DNA of 64,000 nucleotides, from contig MCFH01000030.1 of assembly GCA_002104945.1 (NCBI GenBank), positions 372,001 through 436,000 of the forward strand. Direction: 5' to 3'. The notes under the pieces were generated by a model. That model saw only the letters and a program-made list of their open reading frames with translations, had not been told where the DNA came from and did not search any database. Source of the stretch: Piromyces finnis finn (lineage: Eukaryota; Fungi; Neocallimastigomycota). Shown one piece after another: positions 1-11,545 of this stretch (its first letter is position 1; each line of letters opens with the position of its first letter). The translations under genes were made by a program, and so were the position numbers.

Positions 1-3000
1 TAACAATCAGTAGTTGGAATGGGTTGTCCTGCTAAGTAAAATGTTGGATCTCTCTTGTTCTGATTTTCTATTGATTCAGGACGAATCACCATCGTTGAAC
101 ATTTCTGGATACCAAATTCCATTTCATTATACAATGCCCATTCATTAACTCTTCTAAGCATCTTTTTTAAGCATCCTCTTGTTGGAGCACAAATAACTAT
201 ATCATCTGCAAAAAGTCCACCACAGCATCGAGTGTCACCTAAACTGACTCCTAGATCTTCGCACTCTCTAAATATATCATTAATAAAGAGATTAAAGAGA
301 ATAGGAGAAAGAGGGCAACCTTGACGGACTCCTTTCTTCACATCAAAAGATTTCGAGAATTGTCCATCTAATTTGACATTAGCCTTAGATGTTAAATATA
401 AATTTTTGATAAATTGTAGACTCTTACCTCGGATTCCTAAACAATCTAATTTATGGAGAATATTACCGATTGGGACTGAATCGTATGCTTTCCTGAGATC
501 TAAAAAGGCCAAATATGTCTCTTTATTATCTAATTGACGTCTACGGCATATTTCTTGGATTGAAATGAAAAGACTAATACTTTCTTCCTTTTTTCGAAAA
601 CCAAATTGTTCAGGTCTAATGAAATTATTCTTTAGACCATATTCTGAGATTCTAGTGGTGACAATTTTGGAAATCAACTTAATACCATTATTGATAAGTG
701 ATATACCTCGATAGTTATCACAATCTGTCAAATCACCCTTCTTAGGAATAGAAACAATACTGGATTCATTCCATGAGTTGGGGAAATCTCCATCCCAAAT
801 ACGGTTGAATAATTTAAGAATAAAATTTAAACCATGAGCATCATTATCTGAAGTAGTATTACCAGAAGAATTATTATCTGTAGCATTATTAGAATCATTA
901 CTTGATGGAATTAATGCTTTGTAAAATTCAATTGGAATACCAACCGGACCTGATGCTTTATAATTTGGAGTAGTGAGGATAGCTGACTTGACTTCATCAA
1001 TACTAATATCTTGGTTGATATCCCACTCATCAAGCATAGGAAGTGAAAAACGTTTATTCGTTGGTTCTTCATACCAATGCTCCAAATCAAGACTTACACC
1101 ACTTGGGTCTGATGCAAGATTTTCGAAATGATCATGCCACACATCTAGTTGTTCTTCCGTAGCAACAATTAATTCTCCATTTTTATTTTTAATTGGTTGA
1201 GCAATAAAGAAAGAATCTTTTCCAATTTTTGCAGTTTTCTTGATCCATTTCCAGGCCTTCTTAGGATTATGACTCTTCATATACTCACATCCTGTTTTAA
1301 TCCAATGAAGATATTCTTGCTTCCTAAATTCATTACATCTTTTGTGGATGTAATCAATGAGTTTACGGTAGATTTTAATTCTTTTAATAAATTCATCTAT
1401 ATCATAAATTCTTTCTTTTTTAAATCTCTTATACAACTTCATTTTGATTTTTTGAAGATTAAAAATTTGTTGTGAAATATGAAATGAAGACTTTATAACA
1501 TTATTTGCTGAAGTAATACTGAGCTCGTCTGCAATTGAAAAAGCAGTTGAAGTAAACTCTTTGGAAAGTTCATCTGTAGAAACATTAGGATCGTTGGATT
1601 TTGCTGAAAGTATTTGGAATTTATTATGACTGAGAATAGATTCCTTTTCCTCAATACATTTTAATCTATTCCATTTCAGAATTTTCTTAGGAACATTAAA
1701 GTCATTAGAAAAATCTTCCATAGGAATAATTTTACCATTAATAAGAAGTGGCTTATGGTCTGATACAGGATAAAAATTATTTATAAATGATCCTGAGTGA
1801 ATAAGATCTTTTATCTTCGAATTGATAAGAGCATGGTCAATGTCGGAAGATTGATCACCTCGAGTCCAAGAGATAGTAGACCCTCTAAGCGGAAGAATTT
1901 CCCAATCTCCTAATCCATTAGTTGATAACCAGTTGGATAATTTTACTTTAGACATATTAAAATCACCAACAAGAATCGATGGATGGGATGAATGAGTTTG
2001 TAACCACAAGCGAACTTCTAACTTTGCATGATCAACATAGATGTTGTGATGACTATGAGGCATATAAACATTACCAATCGAGCATTTGAATCTATTCCAG
2101 AGACTAAAAGTATAAATAGAAATAATATACTTTCCAGAGAAGTTTTCAAGTGAGGCTTGACATGAATTGTGAAAACCTAAATATAAACCTCTCATTCCCG
2201 GAACTGATTCGTCAGCTTTCTTGAAAAAGTGTCTATAGTTTCGCAAAGTAACACGACAAGGATAATCTGTATTCGATCCAGAACCATTACCAGTTTCTTG
2301 GAAACATAAAAATAATGGTTTGAAAATAGCTGTGAAATAGCTAATACTATCTCTCTTTTCGTGATTCCACCCATTGGTGTTCCAACTAAGACAAAAAGAA
2401 AAGTTATCAGGCTTGTTGGATGAGGAAGAATCGTTGCTATTATTATTATTATTAAAGTCATCGTTATTAATGGATGATGCATCAGAGGAATAAGTAGAAC
2501 TATTACTAGATGGCTGTGAAACTGAAGAACTATCAACTATTGAACTGTTATCAGAGTTGATAGAGCTATTAGAATTAATTGTTGAATGTTGAGATTGAAA
2601 TTGTGTTTGCTGTAGATCTGGAATATTTTCATGATTGGAAACTTGTTGAAGATCTTGTTGAAGATCTAGTTGAAGATCGGATTGTTGATGAGATTGTTGA
2701 ACTGATTGTTGAAATGATTGTTGAATAGAATGTTGATGTTTATTAGAAACTAAAATTTTACGTTTGAGAGTGGAAAAAGTGTATTTGTGATTCCTTCTAC
2801 TACGAGCTGAAAAGGAAATTGAGGTAACTGAAAGTTTCTTCTTTAACATGTGTAAGATTTTAATACAATCTTTCGATGAACCATGAACCTTGACTAAGAA
2901 AAAGTGATCATTGAAAGTCTGAAAATATTTAACACTAATAACTGAATTAAATTTATCTTCTAGAATAACCTCGAGTTTTTCCCATAGCATATTTACTGAC

Positions 3001-3110
3001 CATGATCGAATACCACGGATAAAGAAGGAGCGAATATCATCTAAGGGGATACCATAAGACCGGGTACCGCGTCTGATATAATTCTTGTCTTTAATATAAA
3101 GGACTGACAT
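1..3110 (-). CDS. LINE polyprotein (RRM-like N-terminus, Q/S/N linker, APE endonuclease, reverse transcriptase), 3'-partial
   Basis: ATG at 3110 (MSVLYIKDKNY). Motifs in the same frame: APE LSWNTNGW (W at 2384), FQET, LVGDFN (1967), SDIDH, VSDHKP (1763); RT NYRGISL, QFGFR, FLDLRKAYDSV, GVRQGCPLSPILFNLFIND, LFADD (215-201). The ORF track lists nothing in this frame, consistent with no stop before the window edge. Confidence 0.93.
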   Translation of the reverse strand, partial: MSVLYIKDKNYIRRGTRSYGIPLDDIRSFFIRGIRSWSVNMLWEKLEVILEDKFNSVISVKYFQTFNDHFFLVKVHGSSKDCIKILHMLKKKLSVTSISFSARSRRNHKYTFSTLKRKILVSNKHQHSIQQSFQQSVQQSHQQSDLQLDLQQDLQQVSNHENIPDLQQTQFQSQHSTINSNSSINSDNSSIVDSSSVSQPSSNSSTYSSDASSINNDDFNNNNNSNDSSSSNKPDNFSFCLSWNTNGWNHEKRDSISYFTAIFKPLFLCFQETGNGSGSNTDYPCRVTLRNYRHFFKKADESVPGMRGLYLGFHNSCQASLENFSGKYIISIYTFSLWNRFKCSIGNVYMPHSHHNIYVDHAKLEVRLWLQTHSSHPSILVGDFNMSKVKLSNWLSTNGLGDWEILPLRGSTISWTRGDQSSDIDHALINSKIKDLIHSGSFINNFYPVSDHKPLLINGKIIPMEDFSNDFNVPKKILKWNRLKCIEEKESILSHNKFQILSAKSNDPNVSTDELSKEFTSTAFSIADELSITSANNVIKSSFHISQQIFNLQKIKMKLYKRFKKERIYDIDEFIKRIKIYRKLIDYIHKRCNEFRKQEYLHWIKTGCEYMKSHNPKKAWKWIKKTAKIGKDSFFIAQPIKNKNGELIVATEEQLDVWHDHFENLASDPSGVSLDLEHWYEEPTNKRFSLPMLDEWDINQDISIDEVKSAILTTPNYKASGPVGIPIEFYKALIPSSNDSNNATDNNSSGNTTSDNDAHGLNFILKLFNRIWDGDFPNSWNESSIVSIPKKGDLTDCDNYRGISLINNGIKLISKIVTTRISEYGLKNNFIRPEQFGFRKKEESISLFISIQEICRRRQLDNKETYLAFLDLRKAYDSVPIGNILHKLDCLGIRGKSLQFIKNLYLTSKANVKLDGQFSKSFDVKKGVRQGCPLSPILFNLFINDIFRECEDLGVSLGDTRCCGGLFADDIVICAPTRGCLKKMLRRVNEWALYNEMEFGIQKCSTMVIRPESIENQNKRDPTFYLAGQPIPTTDC

Positions 3111-3756
3111 GATAATAAATTCTAATTAAAAATATTGAATATAAAATAAATACTAATAAAAATTATAAATATAACGTATATGGAAAAAAAATCTGTCTCT
3201 CTCTCTCTTCTTAAAAGTACTGGATAGTACAAAAATTGTTACGATGCTTTGTTTAAAGTTTCTTTTTTTTGAATTCTAGTTGTAAATTTTCTTTAAAAAT
3301 TCTAGTTTTGGTTTGTTGTTAGTAAATTCGAATCGCTTTTTGATACTAAAATTGTTTGACTTTACTTTTCATTAAATATTTAAATTGATAAAAAATTTGA
3401 ATCAAGAATGTCGACACCAGAAAGCTTGTGAGTAGTATTTTTACATGATGTAGAGTGAATCAGTCTCTTACAAGAAACAATACAACAATAGCTACATGAA
3501 TATAAAAATACAATGCAAATGCTAAAGTTGACTACATTGGATTCTTACAAGAGAAGAGTAGTACTACATGAATACATGAATAAAAGAAAAAAATACAACA
3601 ACAAAATGTATTACTCTTCTAATTAAATACTATACAAACTTACCTGAGTATCAAACATTCAACTTATTCATCAAATACTTAAATTCGATGAATAAAATGT
3701 TTTTTAATCGCTCAGTACCATGAGCTTAGTCCTAATAATTTTCCCTTAAAGACTAA

Positions 3757-4001
3757 CCAAGCATCCATTGCGCAATGCTTGGATTTAATTCTTTCTACTC
3801 TCTCAGTACCATGAGCATGAGTAGACCCCCTTGATAAACTCCATTATTAAATAAATGAAGGCACGTTCCTAAGAGGGCACCAAGCATCCATTGCGCAATA
3901 CTTGGATTTAATTCTTTCTACTCTCTCAGTACCATGAGCATGAGTAGACCCCCTTGAGAAACTACATTTATTAAATAAATGAAGGCACGTTCCCAAGAGG
4001 G
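3757..4001. repeat. Two ~123-bp tandem direct repeats, with a third copy of a 15-mer at 3711-3725
   Basis: Units 3757-3877 and 3880-4001 are near-identical. CTCAGTACCATGAGC occurs at 3711, 3802 and 3925; ATTGCGCAAT at 3767 and 3890. Confidence 0.95.
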
Positions 4002-4175
4002 AACTCTGCTAATCACTTGTGAGTTAAGTACTAGTTTTTTGAAAGGAATAGGAATATTAGGATTTCTTAAGAATTTACTGACTGAGAAAAGCCCTTTCAA
4101 AACCTTGTTATTAAGAGCTTTAATTACTGGTTTAAGGGACAAATTCTTATCAAATGGAACACCAAGATAAGTATA
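4002..4175 (-). pseudogene. Fragment of LINE RT domain 7 / thumb from a second, truncated copy
   Basis: Translates YTYLGVPFDKNLSLKPVIKALNNKVLKGLFSVSKFLRNPNIPIPFKKLVLNSQVISRV. This is the YxYLG motif plus thumb-like sequence that follows FADD in non-LTR RTs. It starts in a (TA)n run and ends at the tandem repeat. Confidence 0.75.
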
Positions 4176-4693
4176 TATATATTTATAAATCTTTAAAATA
4201 AACAAAAAAATACCACAATTGTTTCTAAAATATTTTTTTAAAAAATTTTTATTTTTATTTGCTTCAGAATTTTTTTTTTTTTTTTTTTTTTTTTTGTTAT
4301 TGAAAATGAATAAATAGTATCTCTAAAAAAAATAAATACATTTATATTTTTATAGTTTATATTTAATATTAAAAAAATATATATATAATTATTTTTTTTT
4401 TTTGAATTAATAATATTATTAGTTAACGATTGCGTTTATTTTTCTTTTTATAAAACAAGAGAAAAATAAATGTGTAACGTGATTTAATTATAAATTAAAA
4501 AATATTTTTAAAATAAATTAATAAATTGTTTTCCTTAAAGCTTAATATATGTTTTGCTATGTTTCTGTATTTTTTTAAATTAACTAATGTGATATTCACA
4601 ATTTAAAAATTCATGAATAATTTCATTATTTGATTATAACATCATATTATTTTATGTGGTATTTTAAACAATAAAAATTTATTTTAAATTTGT

Positions 4694-7342
4694 TTATAAT
4701 TCATCTTTAACATTCTTTTCTTCTTCTTCACCGTCAACTTCTTCAATAACTTCGGTTTTAGTTTCAGATTCCTTTTCATCAACAACTTCTTCATCTTCAA
4801 CCTTTTGAGTTTCTTCATTTTCAGCTTCTTCGGTGGTTTCATTTTCTTGTTCACCAACTTCTTCAACACCTTCTTCTTCAGTGTTTTCCTTCTTAGCCTT
4901 AGTAGACTTCTTCTTCTTCTTACCGGCCTTAGCGGCGGCTTCTGGATCAGCATATTCTGGAGCTGGCTTAGTTTCATATTCAACCTTCTTGGATAATTCA
5001 ACACCAAGATTCTTTCTTAAGATACGGTCAATACGATCAGCGAACTTTCTGTTATCATTGATAGTGTAACCAGAACGTAACATAGCAGTTTCGAATAATA
5101 CCATAGATAATTCTTCAGTAGCCTTATTAGTCTTTCCTTCGCTTACCTTTTCTAAAAGAGATTCAATAACTGGGTGCTTTGGATTAATTTCCATATGCTT
5201 ACGTTGACCAGAGTAAATAACCTTCATGTATTGATCTTGAGTTGGAATAGCTTGAGCATTCATAAGACGTTCCATGTTTCCGGACCAGCCGTATTCATTG
5301 GCAACAATAGCGCATGGACTCTTAGTAAGACGGTTAGAAACGACAACACTTTCAATGTAATCCTTTAAGGTTTCCTTTAAGTAATCAGCTAATGGCTTGA
5401 ATTTTTCATTCATAGACTTGTAATATTCTTCAGTTTCATCATCTTCATCACCAAACTTTAAACCAACCTTAGCAATATCTTGGAACTTCTTACCTTCATA
5501 TTCTGGCATACTACTGAAAACGTATTCATCAATTGGTTCTGGACAGTATAAAACTTCATAACCACGGTTAACAACATTTTCAATGAATGGAGATTTCTTA
5601 ATTTCTTCAAGAGTTGGACCAGTTAAATAGTAAATTTGTTCTTGACCCTTACGCATACGACTAATGTAGTCTTGTAAAGTAACTAACTTCTTACCATTGG
5701 AAGAGTGGAAACGTAATAACTTAGCAAGCTTGTTTCTGTGAGTGTGGTCTTCGACAACACCAAGCTTAATAGAAGTACCAAATTCCTTCATGAATGAATT
5801 ATACTTTTCTTCATTCTTTTGTAACTTAGTGAACATTTCAATAGCCTTAGAAACAACCTTCTTTTGAATAACCTTTAAGATTGGTAAATGTTGAATGGTT
5901 TCACGAGAAACATTTAATGGGAAATCATCTGAATCAACTAAACCACGAACAAAGGATAACCATCTTGGAATGAATTCTGGCATTTCATCAGTAATGAAAA
6001 TACGCTTAACATATAACTTAATTGGACTAACATTTTCGTTAATATGAGTCATGAATTCTTGTGGAGCCTTTCCTGGGATATATAATAAACAACGGAAATC
6101 AGTTTCACCTTCAGCTCTGAAGTGAATGTGAGCTAATGGATCATCACTAACTCTAGCGAAAGCTTGGTAAAATTCAACGTATTCTTCCTTACTAATATCC
6201 TTTGGTTTTCTAGTCCAAATTGGCTTGTTTTCGTTCATAAGTTCCCACTTAGTGACAGTCTTTTCAACCTTCTTGAACTTTGGCTTCTTTTCTTCTTCTT
6301 CAACATCTTCAACATCATCTTCATCATCAGAATCCTTTTTCTCAGCAGCAGCTTCGGTGGTTTCTTCTTCAATTGGTTCTTCAACAGTTTCAGTACTGGT
6401 AGCCCAAAGGTAAATTGGGAAGTTAATGAATTGAGAGTACTTAGTAATGAGGTCACGAAGAGTATCATCATCAACATATTCTAAAGCATCTTCACGAAGA
6501 TTTAAAGTAATTTCAGTACCACGTCCTAAAGTATTACCTCTTGGATCCTTGTAAACCTTGAAACCATTTTCAGCATCAGATTCCCAAATGTATTGGTCAT
6601 CATCATTATGCTTAGAAGCAACAGTAACCCAATCAGCGACTAAGAAAGCACTGTAGAAACCAACACCAAATTGACCAATAAGGGAAGAATCAGCAGTTTC
6701 TTCATCTTCCATAGCCTTTAAGAATTCAGAAGTACCAGATTTTGCAATAGTACCTAAGTTATTAATTAAGTTTTCCTTAGTCATACCAATACCAGAATCA
6801 GTAATAACAATCTTCTTGTTTTCTCTATCAGCCTTAATAGTAACGTTTAAGTGTGGGTTGCTAATAAGAGCCTTATCATCAGTTAAAGCTAAGAATCTAA
6901 TCTTATCTAAGGCATCAGAACCATTGGAAATAAGTTCACGAAGGAAAATTTCCTTGTTCTTGTAAATAGAATTAATAATAAGTTTCATAAGTTTATTAAC
7001 TTTTATTGTTTTAAATAGATGTCAACAAAAATTGATATAAATTATTATTTTAAATAAAAAAAAAGTTAATTATATTATTTATTAATATTTTATATACATA
7101 GTTTTTACAATAAAAAAGACATTAACCATAAATTGATTATCAGAATTTTTTTTAAATAATCTTTTCTCTACTAATAATTAATATATATATAAATATAATA
7201 TTTTACCTTCAGTTTCGAATTCATGGCTTTCAGCTTGTTCCTTAGCTTGTTCCATTTCATCAGCTTCACCTTCAGCCTTGACGGCTACGGCGAAGAAGAT
7301 CACTAATGTAACTAAATATTTGAATAATGATTTAATATTCAT
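4694..7342 (-). CDS. HSP90B1: ER Hsp90 (GRP94/endoplasmin); exons 7342-7207 and 6999-4694, 813 aa
   Basis: Exon 1 encodes a signal peptide (MNIKSLFKYLVTLVIFFAVAVKA). Hsp90 motifs YKNKEIFLRELISNGSDA, DSGIGMT, IGQFGVGFYS, LNVSRE. C-terminal KDEL. The phase-1 intron joins in frame. Confidence 0.97.
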
Positions 7343-10338
7343 TTTTTTCTTGTTATAAACAATTCAATGTTCTCTTTTTATTTTTTTTTATTTTTTTTTT
7401 CTTATTGATTATTCTATAATTTATTTCTTTTTTTATTTTTTCTTTGTGCTTTACTTTTGGTATTCTGATTTTTTTTTTTTTTTAAATAATTATTTACAAA
7501 TCAATTGCAAACTCTTATCTATTTCTTTATTTCTTTATTTTTTTTTTATCTTGTATATTTACAAATATTAAAAGATTTTCTTTTTATAAATACAAAATTT
7601 TTTGTATAAAATAAAACAAAAAAAAACTTCCCTAAAAAAATATTAATAAAAAAAAAACTTTTAAAAAAAAATAAAAATCTTTTTTTTAAAATAATAAATA
7701 AAGAAAAGGAAATTTTTTTATCTTTTATATAATTTTGGTTAAATCAATTAATCAATACTATTAATAATTTATTTTTTATATTTATTTATTATTATACGTT
7801 GTAAAATTATGTTATTAATTTATTTAATTATTATTGAGCTTTTTCAGTGATTTATTAATATTTATTTAAACAATATATTTCTTAATAAAGTTATACACCT
7901 TCTATTAATTTCTATTATCAATTTATATTAGTAAATATATTAATAAAGTTATAATAAATTGTATTAATTATAGAGTTAAATATATTTGCTTGTATTTCTT
8001 TTATTTATAATAATATATATTAATTCAATTATTTTATATAATATTATATATAAAACCTAATAAAAAAAAAGTCATGTAATTAAAATTTAACAAAGGTAAA
8101 TTATGTTAATATGAAATCTTCATTAAAAGAAAACTATTTGTATAATAAATGGAAATATAAAAATTACGCATTCATAACTATTTCATTCATACCATAGAAT
8201 AAAATCAATGTTTATTATGATATTGAAACATAGTTATCAAGTTACTTTTGTATTGAAATAGCAATGAATATTTAAACAATTATTTCAGTATTATAGATAA
8301 TTATAATTATGTTAACAAATATTAATAATTATAATAGATTGTCCCAATTTTTCAATTATCTTTTTTAGTAATGAAAGCAATACAACAAAAATCAACAGAG
8401 TAAATATATTATTTTTGTGGTAATAATCTATATTATTTCCACTAAACTATATTACAATCCCTTCATTATGAATATCATAGGATTGATACTTTTCAATTTG
8501 AACTTTTCAACTAAAACGAATCTTTAATATTATTTTAAAAGTTTAATTTATGATTAATTAAAAACTTAATTAATTTTGTTAATTTATTAAAATATGTCTA
8601 CAATTAATTGTGATATATACTATAATATATGTAGTAATTAAATGATCCATCGCATAATTTTAATATAATAAAAAAATAATAATAATAAATAGAGTTATAA
8701 GTTGCTAAAAATGTCATAATTAAATACTATATAATAAGGTTTAATATTTACTCTATTTATTAATATTAAAAATTAAAAAACTAAATTAAAATGTTTTGAA
8801 ATAAAAAACAACAAAAAATATATAAAAATTTATGATCCATTCCTATATTGTTGGAAAACGGCCATTGGAGGGTTACCATCATACGCTGCGCGTAATTATT
8901 GGTTATTTCAATAATTTTTGTAATAAAGTATAAAATAAAATAATAAAAATCCTTTTCTATAAAGGAGTAAGATATGAAAAGTATTATTATTTTTATAAAA
9001 ATAGGATCTCGGTTCTGTTTTTATAATAATTATTTGAATATGGTAATAGCAAATAATTAAATATATGAAATAAAATTCAGTTTTAAAATTATAAAAATTA
9101 TTATTTTTTACTTATTAATTTGTTAAGAAAAATAGTTATAAAAATATTTTAATAAAATGAAATAATGTACATAAAAAATTATAATTAAACTAATAAATTT
9201 ATGTTATATCACCATTAGTTCACGTTATTTAGTGATTATTTTAATTTATTTCATGTAATTATAAAATAAATAAGTTTTATAAATTATATTCATAATTATA
9301 TATTAATTATTAATTATTAGATTTCTTTTAACATGTTAATTTTAAAAATAAACAAATTTATAATATCAAGGCATTTTCCTTTTAAAATAAACAAGATTGT
9401 TTAATGGATAAAAATTTTAATGCTTCATATACACTAATTTATATAGCCATATAAATAAAATAAAAAAAAATATCACTAATAATAAAATTAATAAAATAAC
9501 AGACATATCAACAATCAATTCAGTATAATTATTTTTTACTTCATTAATTATTGTTTTATTTTATTTTAATTTTTTTTTTTGTTCTTTGTACTATAATAAA
9601 AAGAAATACTTTGTAATGAAATATAATAGTTAATCTTCCTAAATTTTCATTTATTAAAAATAATTATAACTTGAAAATATGTTAATAATAATAATAATAA
9701 TAAATGAAGAATAATTAAAATATTAAAACATTACTTTTTCATTAGTTTTAAACAAAACATTAAATAAATTGTTCCTTTATTAATATTATTTTTATTTATT
9801 ATTCTAATCCTCTATAGATATAAAATTATCCACATATTTAGTTTTTATAATTGAAGAAATATCACATGAAAAAATATATTTATGTATCTATATTAGAATT
9901 TATGTGTTTAATTAATATATTTCTTTTTTTTTTTTTTTTTTTTTTTGTGATATTTTAATTAATTCCTAATTTTAATTATATTTTTTTTTTTAAAAAAAAT
10001 ACAAATTATATATATATATAAAAGGAAAATAAAGTAATAGCTGTTTAATTTTAGTTATATATTATATATTAAATGAAAATTGCATATTGAAAAATATTTA
10101 GTAATGTAGTTGTAGTACTAAAAAATATAAAAATAATTTTAAATAAAAATATTCATAATTAATAAAAAATTTTGAATTTTACTTTATAATCAAAATTTAT
10201 AATTCTATTATAATGAAACATCGTTATAATCAATAACAACAACATATTTATTATTTAATTTTTTTGATATTAATATTTATTATATACTTAATATGTCATA
10301 CATCAACTATATATATTTTCAATACAATATATTTAAAG

Positions 10339-11545
10339 ATGGAAACTCCACCAGCAACCAAAAGTATTCTTAAGCACGGAAGTAGTAGTGAAAGTGTTGA
10401 CAAGAATTCAGTGTAAATATATATATCTTTTTTGTTTATAATTTATATTCACTTGTATATATATAAAAGATCAATAATATTAAATGTTTTTTTCATAAAT
10501 AATAAATGTATAATTTTTGAATTTTATTTTTTTTATAAAACATTTAATGAAGTAAAATGTAATTTAAATATATTTATACATATAGATGTATTTATATTTA
10601 ATCTTATTTTAATTATTTGTTATATATATGTAATGTTGATTATTATTAATGGGCGTTTTTTTAATTTATTAGAATTTCAATTAATAATTTTAATGATACT
10701 AATTTCATTCTAATATATAAATTTTAATAGTAGTAGAATTCGTTGGGATGAAGATAATATTATGATGACAGAAGCCGACAGAGGAAAAACTATGAAAATT
10801 ACAGAACCAAAAACACCATTTATTCGTTATAACATAGAAAAGGATGAAGTTTATGGTCATACAGGTAAATAATAATCAATCATTTCGTATATTTGTTAAT
10901 AAAATTATATATTTATCTCTCTCTCTCTTTTTTTTTTTTTAAAAAAAAAAAAGGAAAAGAAAAGAAATTTCAAAATAGTTTAAAATTTGAAATCTCAATC
11001 TAAAGATTAATATAAATTTCTTTAAAAATTTAGTATAATATTAATATGTGTATATTTGTTTATAAATATTTCTAAAGACATATAGTTTTTATTTTTGAAT
11101 ATTTGAATATTATTAATAAGATTTATATTTTTTCAATAAATGGAGTCATTAATATGTTTTATATTTTTTAATAACTAGCTGCTGTTGAACCAATAGAATT
11201 AACAATGGCATTAGAAGCTGAAAAACAAGAAATGCCAAGTTTTTCATTAGGTGGTAGTGAAGAATTCGAAGATGAACAACAAGAAAATGTTCAAGATGAT
11301 GATTGGGATGATGAAGATGATGAAGAAGAAACCGAAGAAGGTGTTTTATAATTTTTTTTTATTATTAAAATTTTTACCAATGAATAATGTATTAATTAAA
11401 ATTAATTACTGTAATATTATTCAATAAAGAACGTAAGAAACGTGAAGATTTTAAAAAAAAGAGAGCTGAACACTACAATATGAAGGAAGCTTTAGCTTTA
11501 TTACATAGAAAAAACTTCGATGATGAAGATGAGGATGAAGAATAA
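10339..11545 (+). CDS. PPP1R2: Protein phosphatase 1 inhibitor-2 (IPP-2/Glc8 family); exons 10339-10412, 10737-10864, 11179-11340, 11430-11545
   Basis: Spliced translation has KSILK (SILK motif), IRWDEDN, KITEPKTPF and FKKKRAEHYNM, the characteristic inhibitor-2 motifs. Confidence 0.9.

Larger units (their letters stand above)
1..4001 (-). mobile_element. Non-LTR (LINE) retrotransposon, 5' portion; 3' end lies off the left edge
   Basis: Contains an APE+RT reading frame (1-3110) and ~890 bp of upstream sequence that is richer in GC than the flanking intergenic DNA and includes tandem monomers. The 5' boundary near 4001 is inferred from the junction with a separate RT fragment. No target-site duplication can be checked. 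Confidence 0.9.

Noticed and set aside
1197-2536. Track ORFs 1197..1475 (+) and 2192..2536 (-)
   Set aside because: Antisense or off-frame shadows inside the LINE ORF.
3711-4001. CRISPR array, or retron/DGR-type RT plus structured-repeat system
   Set aside because: There are only two long contiguous units with no unique spacers, and the adjacent RT is an APE-fused eukaryotic non-LTR type.
3880-4001. Hammerhead, HDV-like or twister ribozyme call
   Set aside because: No CUGANGA before the stem-GAAA, no YCCNCGY L3 with matching P1, and GTTCC(C/T)AAG lacks the twister P4 pairing. Kept only as an unassigned structure.
3918-4205. 95-aa ORF as a real gene (and antisense 3979..4170)
   Set aside because: It is a chimera of a TA-rich flank, the RT fragment and read-through into the tandem monomer.
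4684-6484. Short ORFs overlapping GRP94
   Set aside because: Alternative-frame and antisense products of E/K-rich coding sequence.
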